Shown piece by piece: positions 14,125 to 26,420 of a DNA stretch of 64,000 nucleotides (the stretch's first letter is position 1; each line of letters starts with the position of its first letter). Under the pieces are notes generated by a model that was not told where the DNA came from, searched no databases, and worked only from the letters and a program-made list of their open reading frames with translations. Made by a program: the position numbers and the translations under genes. This stretch comes from Ruditapes philippinarum (taxonomy: Eukaryota), in NCBI RefSeq assembly GCF_026571515.1, contig NW_026856730.1, positions 248,001-312,000 on the forward strand. Reading direction: 5' to 3'.

Positions 14125-14234
14125 TCTGACTTTCGATGGTTTGGTTTAAAGAAATAATGATTATATCACAAATCAACCAGGTATTGTGTTAAAGTCTGAT
14201 AGTATGATTCTGACATTCAAGGTAACCATTGCTT

Positions 14235-14625
14235 GATGGATTACCCTAAAATTCTTGATGAAATATCATATAACTTGTTGAAATAACACAAATACTTAAC
14301 TGAAATACCTTTACTTGATAAATTTACCTAAAAAATTGACAAAATACCCTAAGTACTTGAAAATACATTTATTTGGTGAAGTACCTTTAAATACGCTATG
14401 ATGTATGTTAAATATTAGATGAAATACCATTTTAGAATGAAATGTGCTAACTTACTTTTCAATGGAATACCCTAAATCCTTGCTGAAATACCCTGAATTC
14501 ATGAAATCCTTTACGTACTCCATGAAATAACCGAAAATATTCAATCAAATACCCAAAATATTCAATGAAATACAATTACTTGATCAAATACCCTGAATAC
14601 CCACATGAAATACTTTTACTGCCAA
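14235..14625. repeat. Degenerate short tandem repeat (~20-22 bp, TACTTGATGAAATACCCT-like)
   Basis: Recurrent cttgatgaaata / gaaataccc motifs. Confidence 0.65.
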
Positions 14626-14836
14626 TAAATATTCCACACCATGGTTAATACAACAAAATATCCACTGTTGAACACCATGCTTGTTAATTGGCAACACCAA
14701 ACAACAAGCTCAATTATCCCTGCAACACTACTACAGGTATAATTTTAGACTCTTGATTTCATTTGTATAATTATATAGGATCTTATATGAGATGTCCTTT
14801 TATATAGACTAATTAAGAAATAGTTTAAAGAAATGA

Positions 14837-14961
14837 GGGCCTCATAGCATTAAAGTGAACAGTCAGCCTACAAACATTTAAGGGACTGCATGAAGCTGAA
14901 GGCTGAGGTCTTTGTAATGTGTGGGACTAACTGGGAGGGAGGTCACTCTGCTATGAGGTCC
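14837..14961. repeat. Imperfect ~125-bp palindrome, probably the core of a degraded non-autonomous element
   Basis: GGCCTCATAGCA...TGCTATGAGGTCC outer arms and CAGTCAGCCTACAAACATT...AATGTGTGGGACTAACTG inner arms around GCTGAAGGC. Confidence 0.55.
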
Positions 14962-16706
14962 AAAGTACTGTGTGCTTTTTCTTATACCACACTTAATTAG
15001 AATATAATGGTAAAAGTTCAACGAGGAAGGATGTCACATTGTTTAGAGCAAACAGTCTCTAGTAAAATTTATTAAAAACTGTTAATGCAATTGTTTTGTT
15101 AAATATTGTATGAGGTTACACGCTGCAAAAACATATTAGTGTCCAGCTTTATTTGTCATCCAATGAAAACGCTGTATTTCTTAAAAATTATGTGTGTTAA
15201 TTTTCATAGAAGAAAAAAAGTCGATACTATATTGAAATCCGTTCATAGTCGCCTTCTATTTTTCATAGTGCTTCATAGTACCGCGTAGTGACGTAATCAA
15301 GGGCCAAATAAAGCTTGACACTAAATATGTTTCTATGTCGCTATCGCTCCCGTCGAAGTTTCTAATTTCTGTAGAACAGCACGGATGAACACTAACATAT
15401 ACATAGTGCCCGCTCATGTGGTCACTATACTTTTTTGTCAGACTGCTTAATATGCCAGTGTGAATATTGTATTATTTAAGTCTGCTGACTCTTATATAAA
15501 TAAAGAAGGAAAACATTTATGTAAGGTATAATATTGTAGAATGAGACTATAAAGGAAGAATACGTTAAGTGAGCCTGTGGCATACTTGATAACATTATAC
15601 TACAGGGACCACTTTAATGTACGTCTATATGGAAAGACAACAATAATATAAGTTTGTATTTTATCATATGATCCCATAAAATGAGAAAATGTCGAAAATG
15701 TCTTAAAACTGCAAAATAAATGTTTGACAGGATAATGTTTGAACCAGCTATGTAAAAAAAAACATTTTATGGATAATTTGCATTGAAAAAAAAAGCAAAA
15801 GTCGGGGGATAAAAAAAAATTGTGCAATAAATGTAATTACATGTAAGCTATTCAGCTGTATTATTAACATGGACAGAAATTATAAGGTTGAGACAAAATT
15901 AATGGTTTTATCAAGAAATTTGTGTTTGTCTAAAGCATATAAAAGAGTTATAGCCCTTTGTTAGTTATAAGAGGAGATACAGTTGTAAAGACTGATCAAT
16001 GTTTTTTTTTCCTGCTTTATGGAAACATAATATCTTGTAGTCACCAAAAAAACCAACATATTTATATATTGATATTAAGTTTTTCACTTAATTTGAACCT
16101 GAATACCAGCTGAGTAGGATTTCGGTGCAATTTATTTATAATAATTTTTTTTTGGGGGGGGGGGGGGGGGTGATGTTAAGTGTTGTAACAGTGTGACCAT
16201 TTGTTTGCTTTCTTGTTTTGAGGAACAGAATTATGTTTTTGAGAAATTTAAAATTTAAAAAAAAAATGACTTTCTCAAACACTGTACAGCAACACCACCG
16301 ATGATAGAGCATTGAGTGGAACTAGTGGTAGACAATATCCTCCCATCTGTAACACATCTCTACCAGTGCATTTTAGTTCTTGTGATAATAAATATTGGCA
16401 GAAAATGTTTGTAATAAATTTTCATGCAAGAATGCAAGCCTCTATATTCTTCAGGAATATAAACAATGAGGCTTTTATGAAATGAATATGCTGTTTTAAA
16501 CTGTGAGATTGGTATAATTATTAGAGACACTCCCAAAATGAAAACTTTTATTTTTATTTTTTTCATTCCATTGCATACAGAACATCATTTTTTTTTGGTT
16601 GGATCATGTGATTTGTTTGGAAACAATGAGTGGTTTTGAACTTTTGTCTAAATTGTTTAAAGTGACAAACAGAGCAGTTGGTTGGACCAGTATGATAATG
16701 ACTATT

Positions 16707-16786
16707 ATCATCACCTTAGTACAGTAATGGTTTAACTCTTTTAAATTTTTATAGGAGTCAACCTGTTACTGCACTAAAGTGATGAT
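16707..16786. repeat. Dispersed ~78-bp hairpin, copy 1 of 3
   Basis: ATCATCACCTTAGTACAGTAATGGTT ... AACCTGTTACTGCACTAAAGTGATGAT. Confidence 0.8.
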
Positions 16787-16829
16787 TTCATTCACTGTCT
16801 TGAAACTTTTAAAGCCAGCTACATGGCCA

Positions 16830-17115
16830 GATACAACTTGAAGTGTTTTACAGAGTTTTGCATGTTCAGATTTAAGCCTTAAAATGTTTCATCAAGTTTT
16901 TGCATACCCTGATACAAAAGTTCAAGTGTTTTACAGTCAGTTTTTACATTGCCTCTGGTGTTTCACAAAGTTTTTATATTGTCTTGATGAAGGTCAAGGT
17001 CAGTTTCACAAAGTTTTTACAAGCCGTAATGAAAAATGAAGTGTTTTACAGAGGCTAGCTTTACATTGCCCTGATGAAAGCCTTAGTGTTTCACTGATTT
17101 TTTACGTGCCCTGAA
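16830..17115. repeat. Degenerate ~40-bp tandem repeat (AAGTGTTTTACAGAGTTTTTACATTGCCCTGATGAAA-like), interrupted by the foldback element
   Basis: Recurrent gtgttttacag / ttttacattgcc / ctgatgaa; the last unit continues at 19091-19135. Confidence 0.65.
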
Positions 17116-19090
17116 CACGGGGGAGGAAGTGTTACACGAAGGATGGAGTTCTTATGATAACTTGTTCAGGAGTTCTTGTGATAACTGTCACGGAGTTCGT
17201 CGGAAAACATCTGTATATACTACAAAAACACTCGTTAAAAATGGTTATTTTCATCATTCCAAAATGAGTTTTAGGTGTTAAATTAAACTTTAATGATTAA
17301 GCTTGCCTTATATCTTGTATTATGTGTCAAAAACTAATTAACAGGCTGTTTTTCATCGCCTCTTGCTTCAAATCTGGTAGTTTGGAGTAAAATTTCCAAA
17401 TTTTTTGCCAATTTTACAAGTATTGACCTGTTTATTTCTGGTCTTCATCCTTGCCATACATAATTACCTAATTATAATGCAAAATTGCAAACATAAAGCA
17501 CCGGCTAACAGATTTATATTTGATTTTTTCAAATGTCCCGGAGTTCTTGTGATAACTCTGAAGATGTCACAGAGTTCTTATGATAACTTTTATTATTGCC
17601 AGTGTGTTTCTTGCGCTAAATCACGGCACGTTTTATCGTTTTTTATTATTCAATGAGATTGTAAATCATTATGAAGTGTAGTACGCTCATACTTTGCGCA
17701 AAAAATAGGATATATAATGTTGGTTTTGAGTGAATTTTAGTTTAAGAGATATTATTTCTTACCCCCGTTTCTTTTTCATAGTATTTTATTTTTGACGCAG
17801 ATTTCGTAGACTGGAAAAAGGATTTATGTACTGGTTTCCTAGCAGTTTCCGGCCCCTAGCAGTTTTCTGGCCCTTTATCATTTTCATCCAGGCATACAGA
17901 ATATTTTTTCTCAGTTAAGCATCTATGTTACTGCATCAATCAGAGAAACATTTGTTTTCTATGTAAATCAGTTATAATAGTACAGCGATTAATATGTTTC
18001 AAAGTTTTGTCTGTTGTTCTAAGTTACATTAGAGAACTTGCTACACTTACAAGCAACACCTGGGGAATTCTAGTTTGAATGCCCATGCACAATAACTGAA
18101 ATCCCATTTTAGGTAAATCTGGAACCTGGAGGGACAGTTCAAATTTTTTCGAGAGATCGCTAGTTAGAGTCAACCGCAGTTGAGTTTTATCATGTATCGT
18201 ACGTTTTTAAGACATAGGTGTGGACATTATCCTGGTTATATACTTATTTATTATGGTATAAAATAATACAAATTACTTAGCCCTTAGGTAAGGGAAGCAT
18301 TCCTATATATTGTCTTCTTAAGAAAGGTGGTTGCTTAAACATGTGAAACTGGAAACAACGTGAATGTTTTGAGACATTTTTGTTTTGTGGTTTAAGCCAT
18401 TATACTGCTGAATATCAGTGACGGCTGGTTCAATTTTTACTGTAGATGATAGCCTATCACCTATTTATCCTTTGCAGACAGTTAAGACCAACGTTTTATC
18501 CACATTTTTGTGCAAAGGATGATCGAACTGCATTTCATAATGATTTACAATCTTATTGAATGATAAAACATGCCAAAACATGCCGTGATTTAGCGAAAGA
18601 AACACACTGTCAATAATAAAAGTTATCATAAGAACTCTGTGACACTTCAGAGTTATCACAAGAACTCCGGGACATTTGAAAAATCGGGTATAAATCTGTT
18701 AGCCGGTGCTTTATGTTTGCAATTTTGCATTATAATTAGGTAATTATGTATGGCAAGGATGAAGACCAGAAATAAACAGGTCAAAACTTGTGAATTGGCA
18801 TGTAATTTGGAATTTTTACTCAAAACTACCAGATTTGAAGCAAGAGGCGATGAAAAACAGCCTGTTAATTAGTTTTTGACACATAATACAATATGTAAGA
18901 CAAGCTTAATCATTAAAGTTTAATTTAACACCTTAAACTCATTTTGGAAAGATGAAAATAACCATTTTTAACGAGTGTTTTTGTAGTATATACAGATGTT
19001 TTCCGACGAACTCCGTGACAGTTATCACAAGAACTCCTGAACAAGTTATCATAGGAACTCCATCCTTCGTGTAACACTTCCTCCCCCGTG
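17116..19090. mobile_element. Non-autonomous long-TIR (foldback) DNA transposon with CAC...GTG termini and 5-bp TSD; Transib-like end signature
   Basis: Left arm ~17116-17730 is the reverse complement of right arm ~18481-19090 (CACGGGGGAGGAAGTGTTACACGAAGG... / ...CCTTCGTGTAACACTTCCTCCCCCGTG); CTGAA at 17111-17115 and 19091-19095; ~750-bp non-coding spacer. Element itself is certain; superfamily is inferred. Confidence 0.9.
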
Positions 19091-20409
19091 CTGAAGAAAC
19101 CTAGCATTTCATTTTTATATAACAATGCCCTGTTTAATTTCTAAGTAGAAACATTGCAAAATGCATTTAGGTCAGGGGATCAATTTTACCTAGGTATATG
19201 TCTTTACCAAACAAACAAAAGCACCTGTAGTCTTGTTCCATGTATTTACAGACAAGCTTGGTGCCAAATAATGGCTCCCAGTGTGATGATACATGACCTT
19301 TTTGTTTGTTTTGTTTGGTTTAGGTCATATGGCACTGAAAAACAGTGAAGATAATTTTGGCTCACCTCAGTTGTTAAATTTTGGGTCTCAAAACCACCTC
19401 ACCAGCTGGAGCTAAGAGGTACATGGACTCCAAGAATTCAAACCCATTTAGTCACCTCTTAAGATCACGCAGGGTTAAAGAGTGGCTGCAATTCTGATGC
19501 CTTGGCCCGTAAAGGCAACCTCTGGGCCACAAGTAGAGATACATGATCAGATCTTAAGCCCAACAGTAATTTAAAGGTTTATCTTGACCTGTTTGAGCTG
19601 ATGGTAATTTTACATATTACAAGGTGGCATGAACTTTTAAAGCACTGTGAACTTAGGATAATGTCCAGTTTAATCTTTTGACTTGCCTGAAGTGAAATCA
19701 TCTAGTATATTGATCTTGTGTTCTGATACTTCCCAATAGTTTGTCTATGTGTATCAAGTTATACTGGTGAAAATTGGACCAATTTTTGTTGAACTGTTGA
19801 ACTTGAAGCATCTAATTCTGTTGAGAAAAACAGTAACAATTTAAACAATGCAAATTATACCTCCTGATAAACAATAATAGCCCATATAGATGACAAGGTC
19901 AAAGACATGGTAAATTAAATATAATTTGTGACATTCTTTGGTAATGTATTTTATATTTTCTGACTTTTTAAGTCTCTTTTTAAGTCTCCATACAGCTGGA
20001 GTAAATGGGAAGTCCTCTCTCTCTCTCTCTCTCTGATATTTGATTAAATTTGATAAGGTTTCAGGCTTATACTAAAATACTTTCTTAAGTATTAATAATC
20101 ACAGACAGCAAATTGTAAAACCACTTATATTAGCCAGAGGTCTGTATGATAATACAAGTTCAGAACAGAGGACACTGTTTAACCTAAGCAGTTCCAAGCT
20201 CACATCAGTTCTAGTTTAAGATATTACACAAATAAGCCATTATGGGCAAAGGTTTAAAGTGTGCAGGGACTTGTTGGTTAATCAAGTGGAATGACTTTCA
20301 GGACAGGGATCTATACATGTTCAAACATTACTAGAGTTATCACAAGATTTCCTGATTATCACCAGATTTCCTGAAAATAACCTCGGTACTGATTTTAAGT
20401 TCTGTGGAA

Positions 20410-20665
20410 GTTAACTTAAAAGTTGGCCATTTAGCCTACAAGCAAGCTGAAATAAATGTTGATCGGAACCAAAAGTTATTTACCTTTGCCACTAATATAG
20501 AGACGGTCAGCCTGCACATCTGTGTAGTCTAGCCAGGCTCTGTACTGGCCAGGCAGTTGACTAATACTTAAATTTTTCATCTAGATTATCCCCAAAATTG
20601 ATAATGGACAGTTAAAAAACAGAGGCCAGACAAATCCATTTTAAGAAATTACAGTTAAGGTTTAG
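20410..20665 (-). mobile_element. Old ~200-250 bp dispersed MITE-like repeat (GATGGACAAGTCCATTT family)
   Basis: Shares CAGCCTGCACATCTGTGTAGTCT core and GACAAATCCATTTTAAGAAAT end with copies at 33192, 39175 and 60112. Confidence 0.55.
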
Positions 20666-21329
20666 GAGTAAACTGAAACTTCAATTGGTAAAAAAAGTTG
20701 CATCCTCATCTACCATAAGGTCAAGTTTTTTTTTAGCACATGGAAAACTATAGCTGAGGACAACTTCATAGATCAATGATCAATCTTTTACTGAATTGGA
20801 ATTACAGGATATTCATTACAAATGTTTCATTAATACCATGAAAGACAACCCTGTGTGAACTTTTAACCTTTACTTTTAAGTCTTCTGCAAATTTACAGAG
20901 TTCAAAATAGATTTTGAATGATTTGAAAATCCTATTTATACAGAAAATTGTGATTTAGCATGAATATCATTATCCTGTTTTTGTTTGTTTTTTTGTTTAA
21001 ATAAAAAATATCTTTATATAATTTACAAAAAGCTGTTTTTGATTTTTTTTCCAGTAAATATAACTTGTTTTCAAACAAATGCTTTTTAAATTTGATAACA
21101 AAAAGTCTTTGAAATTTTTTAACAAGAGAGGCAACTCTTATACCACTAAATATTCATAAAAATTGTTAATTTGTTTTTTTGAGTAACAAAATTAAAGGGA
21201 ATTTTTTTCTTTTCATTTTAATGAACTGATGCCTTGCAAAATTTGCTTGACTTCCCTTGCTTAGCGCTCGATCAACATTCTACCATAGCTAGTGATTCGC
21301 CATTACAGTTTGCTGATGGCAACTGAATA

Positions 21330-21515
21330 TAACCATGTGACCTGAGAGCAGACCAAACTCAGCCATCTGATCACGGTCTGCACTGTTTGCTGTGAAGTTA
21401 CATTTTATGTTTAATTTTGGAAGTTTTCCATAAATTCGATGAATGGTTCAGTCCAGTCATCATTGAATAGATGCACAAGTTCAGTTAAGTATGAAATTAA
21501 GCTTAATAAAGGTAA
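21330..21515 (-). mobile_element. Old MITE-like repeat, same family
   Basis: GCAGACCA...TCTGATCACGGTCTGCACTGTTTGCT...GATGCACAAGTTCA. Confidence 0.5.
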
Positions 21516-22039
21516 AAAGAACCTGTGGTGTCTGCCTCTCAACTGAGAGGTTGCTATAGTTTGAGCTAATCCCTCGGAGCAGAAGCATATTTCTTGATTA
21601 GTAGAATACTTTGAGTCTTAAGGTTTGATTTAACATAGGTTATGTACAGGAATTGCTTTAGGTTAAATTCAAAACAAATTATATCTTTACAACTCTATTT
21701 CTTTGATATAATAAAATTTTCCCACCATTCTTTTTATTTTAATATAAATATGTGGAAGTGACATATGTTACCCATTCAAAAAAGAGAATTAAGTGTTATA
21801 GTTAGCAGTGACATGGTGATGCTAATTTAGCCACAAAGAATTTTGATCACCAGCATTTAGTATGTTAATTTTCATTTATGAAATCCAGTTTTCAAGTACG
21901 ACCTTGTCTGTCTGATGGAGATTTAGATAAAAAGAAATTATGTTTCAATCAAGATTACATTGACTGCAACACCTTTGAGTTTTCATTGCTTTCAAATTTT
22001 AATGCTTGTTTGTTTGTATGGTGGTTTAAAAAAGTCACA

Positions 22040-22270
22040 CACCACTGTAAAGGCCATAATTATGGTGTCTTTCAAACTTTTACTGGTGGAGAAAGACCTT
22101 GAGACTGTCCCTTGGTGCATAATATAGTTTAGGCATTTAGGGGGCAGTCATGTATAGGAGCATACAATTAAGGCAGCTGGATAAAATTTCCCACATGGCC
22201 CTGATGGGATTCAAACTCACATCGGTGTGAAGCTAGTGTTTTGAAAACAGCTACCTCAACCATTCAGCCT
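22040..22270 (-). mobile_element. Degenerate tRNA-derived SINE, same family as 23120-23235
   Basis: Minus strand GGCTGAATGGTTGAGG (box A), GAGTTTGAATCCC (box B), then TGTGGGAAATTTTATCCAGCTG. Confidence 0.65.
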
Positions 22271-23119
22271 TTCTTCCATATGAGGAGATTATACTCTTAA
22301 CTTAAGCTAAAATGAAAGATCAGTGGTACTTATGTGCCCACCCTTCTTTGGCCTTCTCTACCAGAAGTCAGAAGAAGCAGGAAAATCACCATATTGTACA
22401 TCTGAAAGTGAGTCAAAAATCTGAGTATGCTTCCAGATGTAAAATAATTTTCACAAATTTTTCACAATTTTCACAAAATTTGAAAACTGTCTTTTGTGGT
22501 GAAAATGTTTGTCAAGTGTATAAATAATGTGATTATAATTTACATTTATGGTATGGCATAATTAAAACAAGTTAATTATACCGGCATATTGCTTCTGTGG
22601 CTGAGACTGTAGAATTGTGAATATTTATACATTTAAGCTATTTATTTGAAATATTTTTCTACAGTTTTAATTTTTGAACACCTCTCTAATATCATCTGGA
22701 GGTCTGACAATTCAATACCCAACCTAAAAAACAAGAAGATAATTCGGAAAATGGAGCTTTAATCATTATTGATGTTTGCTAATGCAGATATTTGCCTACT
22801 GTATAGATTTATTGAAGTTTGTTGACAGAGGTGCACAAAATGTGTGGGATTGATGACAAAGTAGACATCGCTGCACACTGTGCAGGTCATTGCAGCTAAT
22901 ACCATCTAAAACTTATTGATAGATTCTGTCAACTTTTCCAGTATATCAATATAAGTTGAGATATGTCCTACATACAAATGTAATTACGCAATTCGGTTTG
23001 ACATTTCAGTAATGTCTGTCAGTTGTCAGTACGCAAAATTTGATATAGAAGCCGATTTTTTTTCTACTGTCCAAAATTTTACAGAGGTTCTGTTCTGCAT
23101 TATTGTTCCCCAATTATAT

Positions 23120-23235
23120 GGGGTGTCCATGGCAGAGTGGTTAAGATTGTTGACTTCAAACCACTTGCTCCTCACTGCTGTGGGTTCGAATCCAGCCAGG
23201 GACTTTTTCTTGTGAGGAAGGTATCGAGCAGGCTG
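23120..23235 (+). mobile_element. tRNA-derived SINE head (3'-truncated)
   Basis: Box A TGGCAGAGTGG 23130-23140, box B GGTTCGAATCC 23183-23193, followed by TGTGAGGAAGGTATCGAGCAGGCT body. Confidence 0.8.
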
Positions 23236-23904
23236 AGGTTGAACATTTACCTCATGTTTGTTTTATGTACAGCAATTCACCATTTAAAATAATAGCTTTC
23301 ATGGATCTTCTCTTCTTTTCTTTTTGTAGACAGTTGTTACAAAATCAACATTTCTTTCATTCTGAATCAAACAATTTTTACCCATTATTTGTGAAAATTA
23401 TGATTCCATGAATATAATACATTAGTTTTAGAGTATTGATCATTCTGGAAATCTTTTATTAAAACCATAAATTATATATGTTAATATACTGGTGTTTACA
23501 GGATTGTGGTAGTACCTGAAGAAACCAAAATGATTTCAAGATTCTAGGTCAAGCATTCTGAGAGAAACAATTTTGTTTCGCACACAGCAAAAAATTTCTG
23601 GAAAATTCTTCCACCTGTAATTGCATTAGAATACTGTAGCATTATGTCATCTCTTACAGTAATTATAAGGTGTAGACAATGTTTTGATAGGGGAAATTTC
23701 TTGGCAATTTTGATGGTTTTCTAGCCTACTGGTGTCGGGGAAAATTCTTCAGATATTATGCCGCAATAAACTACAAGTGTCTGAATGGGAAGAAAAAAAA
23801 TTTATTTGTTGAATTTTTTAAAGAAACAAAACAAGTCGTGAACACAGTTTAATTGTGCAATATAAAAGGGACCCATGTAACATTTAGTCTGTTGACAGCA
23901 ACTC

Positions 23905-24291
23905 AACTTATTCTACCCATGCCACTAGTGCAGACCTACATGTGCAGACCTAGGTCATGGTCTGCACTGTTCACTATTCAGTTACTTACATGTTTTAGTT
24001 TACAGAATTTATTTTAGTTTGATTGAGTGGGAAGCTATAAGCTTATAAATACACCAACCAGTATTGAGTAATGATTTAAAATAAAAATAAGGGCTTGCCC
24101 TAGATTGAGTTTGAACCCAGGGAGCTTGGGCCTTAAGCGATCCTTAGATCTGTAGTGTGACGCATAAACCCCTCGGCCATATCATCACAGTCAATACTAG
24201 TCTTAAATATTAGTGAATGGAATTGGCCAGAAATAATGATATATATAGATGGACAAGTCCATTTATGACATTAAGTGCTTTGTCAGTTTAA
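23905..24291 (-). mobile_element. MITE-like repeat split by a nested SINE (24005-24182)
   Basis: 5' part GGTCATGGTCTGCACTGTTCACTATTCAG and 3' part GATGGACAAGTCCATTT lie on either side of the SINE. Confidence 0.55.
24005..24182 (-). mobile_element. tRNA-derived SINE with internal deletions
   Basis: Minus strand TGGCCGAGGGG (box A), GGTTCAAACTC (box B); tail TTTATTTTAGTTTGA..GGAAGCTATAAGCTTAT shared with 36150-36190. Confidence 0.7.
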
Positions 24292-25749
24292 CTTGGACAA
24301 ATTAGACGTCAGTGAAGATAAGTTTTGGTCCAAATATTTAATAATCAGTGTCTCACTCTAGGGTAGTGAACAGAAGTGGCTTTGTAATCTATTATGAGTT
24401 TTAAAGATGAAATTATCATTGCATGATCCAGTACCCACAAATGTGTAGATGACATTTAAATCCTCATAGTTTTGGAAGTTTGTATTTTCCCATGTTTTAA
24501 GCTTTTATGGAATGTTATAAACATTATATTTACCTACTTAAAATTCATGTTGAATTTAATTTCTTATTGTCACCATTGAGTTGAAAATGTTATTTGTACA
24601 ATAAATTGCTTCATAAATGAAATTTTAAATCTTTTATTATCAATAATAAAGTGTTGTTGTGTAACAATATTAAAAAATTAAATTAAATTATTCTAAAAAA
24701 AAGGGAAAGGTTTACAAAGTTCTGATTTGTTACGAAATAAGTAAAATATAGGTCATAGAATTGATTTTCACTTATATTTACATAAATAATTAAATTCAAA
24801 TGTGTGTAAGAAACTTGGACAATAGCCAAGGGAATTAACCATGATCATCTTCTTTGGATGATGAGGTGATGAGTTTTCTCCCTTACATACTTTTACTTTC
24901 TCTAAAGATGAAGTTGATGCATAGATTTTCATCTAAACACAAGTCAGCTTCCTCCATTGTCTGCTAAATAGATGTCTGTTGCATTGAAAATCTACTGTGA
25001 TATGTAGCCTTATACAAAAAAGCAGTATAATTTACAGAGGGAAAAAAAGAAATTAACATACTTTTTACGTAATAGAAATGATTTTATTTCATTAATTTTG
25101 TGAAATCTATGAAATTAATTCTGGCACGAACCACCTGCTTCATTATTTACGTTATTTTCTGAGAACGCCCACCTCTATGGTGAAGAGTTTCACCTTCGTA
25201 TTGAAGAGTATTCTGATCTTTGCCTATTATTTTCTTGTTTGAGAGGAATGTTAAGTTGCTTTCATTCATTTATTTCTGATATATGGCAAAAAATAAGCGA
25301 TAAATTTCCTCTATAATGAAATGGAACCCCAGGCTTCTGTCTGCGTTAGCCTTTATGAATGAATGGAGAGTAGCATTGAGTTCTCTGCAGATTAGGTGGA
25401 ATGCTGGAGAACGATTTTCTCAGGTAAATTCAAAGTCTTGAGAATTGTACAAGATATATCTTCTTGATCAAGGTTTTGTGAACTAGAAATGTTTATTTAG
25501 GAACAAGTTCTTCAGATGTCATACATGGGAGAATTGTGGCAAATGCATAAGTAGGTTAAACAGAGGTTTTAAGTAGTAATTTTTATGGCCGTCTTTTTTG
25601 TCACCAGTGCTGTTCGAGACATGTCGGTTAGAAATAACTTTGTTGTTTAATCTTATACTTAATGTCATTATCTAAGGATTAATTATGAAAGTGAAATATT
25701 ATTAACTAGTGATAGACACCACTAAATTCAAAGCACTGACTACTGTAGA

Positions 25750-26420
25750 TTACTTAAAAGGTCAGACTTCTTAGTTACACAAAAAGCAGACTACTAAATT
25801 ACACAAAAAGGCCAGACTACTTCAGTTTCAGTTACACAAAAAGTTGCTAGCATGCAGATTACTTTAGTTACAAAAAAGGTGTGACTACTCAGTAAAGCAA
25901 AAAGCATACTATACAGTTCCACAAAAAGGTGTGACTACTCAAGTTATGCAAAAAGAATTCATGTCACTACACAGTTACACAAAAGGGTCAGACTACTCAG
26001 TTATGCAAAAAGCATAGTACACAGTTGCACAAAAAGGTCAGACTACTCAGTTATGCAAAAAGAATTCATGTCACTACACAGTTACACAAAAGGGTCAGAC
26101 TACTCAGTTATGCAAAAAGCATAGTACACAGTTGCACAAAAAGGTCAGACTACTCAGTTATGCAAATAGCATACTACACAGTTACACAAAAAGGTTAGAC
26201 TACTCAGTTACGCAAAAACCATACTACACAGTTACACAAAAAGGTCAGACTAGCCAGTTATGCAAAAACCATACTACACAGTTACACGAAAATTTCAGAC
26301 TACTCAGTTATGAAAAAACCATACTACACAGTTACACAAAAAGGTCAGACTACTCAGTTACCCAAAAAGCATACTACACAGTTGCACAAAAAGGTCAGAC
26401 TACCCAGTTATACAAAAAGT
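25750..26420. repeat. Minisatellite, 50-bp dimeric unit (26+24 bp related subunits)
   Basis: Units start at 26131, 26181, 26231, 26281, 26331, 26381: GTTACACAAAAAGGTCAGACTACTCA + GTTATGCAAAAAGCATACTACACA. Confidence 0.95.

Noticed and set aside
16145-16170. T9-G17 homopolymer (G-quadruplex potential)
   Set aside because: Simple homopolymer; length unreliable and no supporting context
17116-17230. V(D)J RSS-like heptamer-spacer-nonamer in the foldback TIR
   Set aside because: Terminal CACGGGG has no nonamer at 12 or 23 bp; ACAAAAACA (17222-17230) is 26 bp from the internal CACGGAG, so spacing does not fit
17731-18480. Transposase remnant in the foldback spacer
   Set aside because: No substantial ORF or recognisable catalytic motif; only short repeat fragments
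23120-23201. tRNA gene with TCA in the anticodon-like loop (tRNA-Sec-like CTTCAAA)
   Set aside because: Anticodon and acceptor stems pair poorly and the sequence runs into a SINE body seen elsewhere in the window
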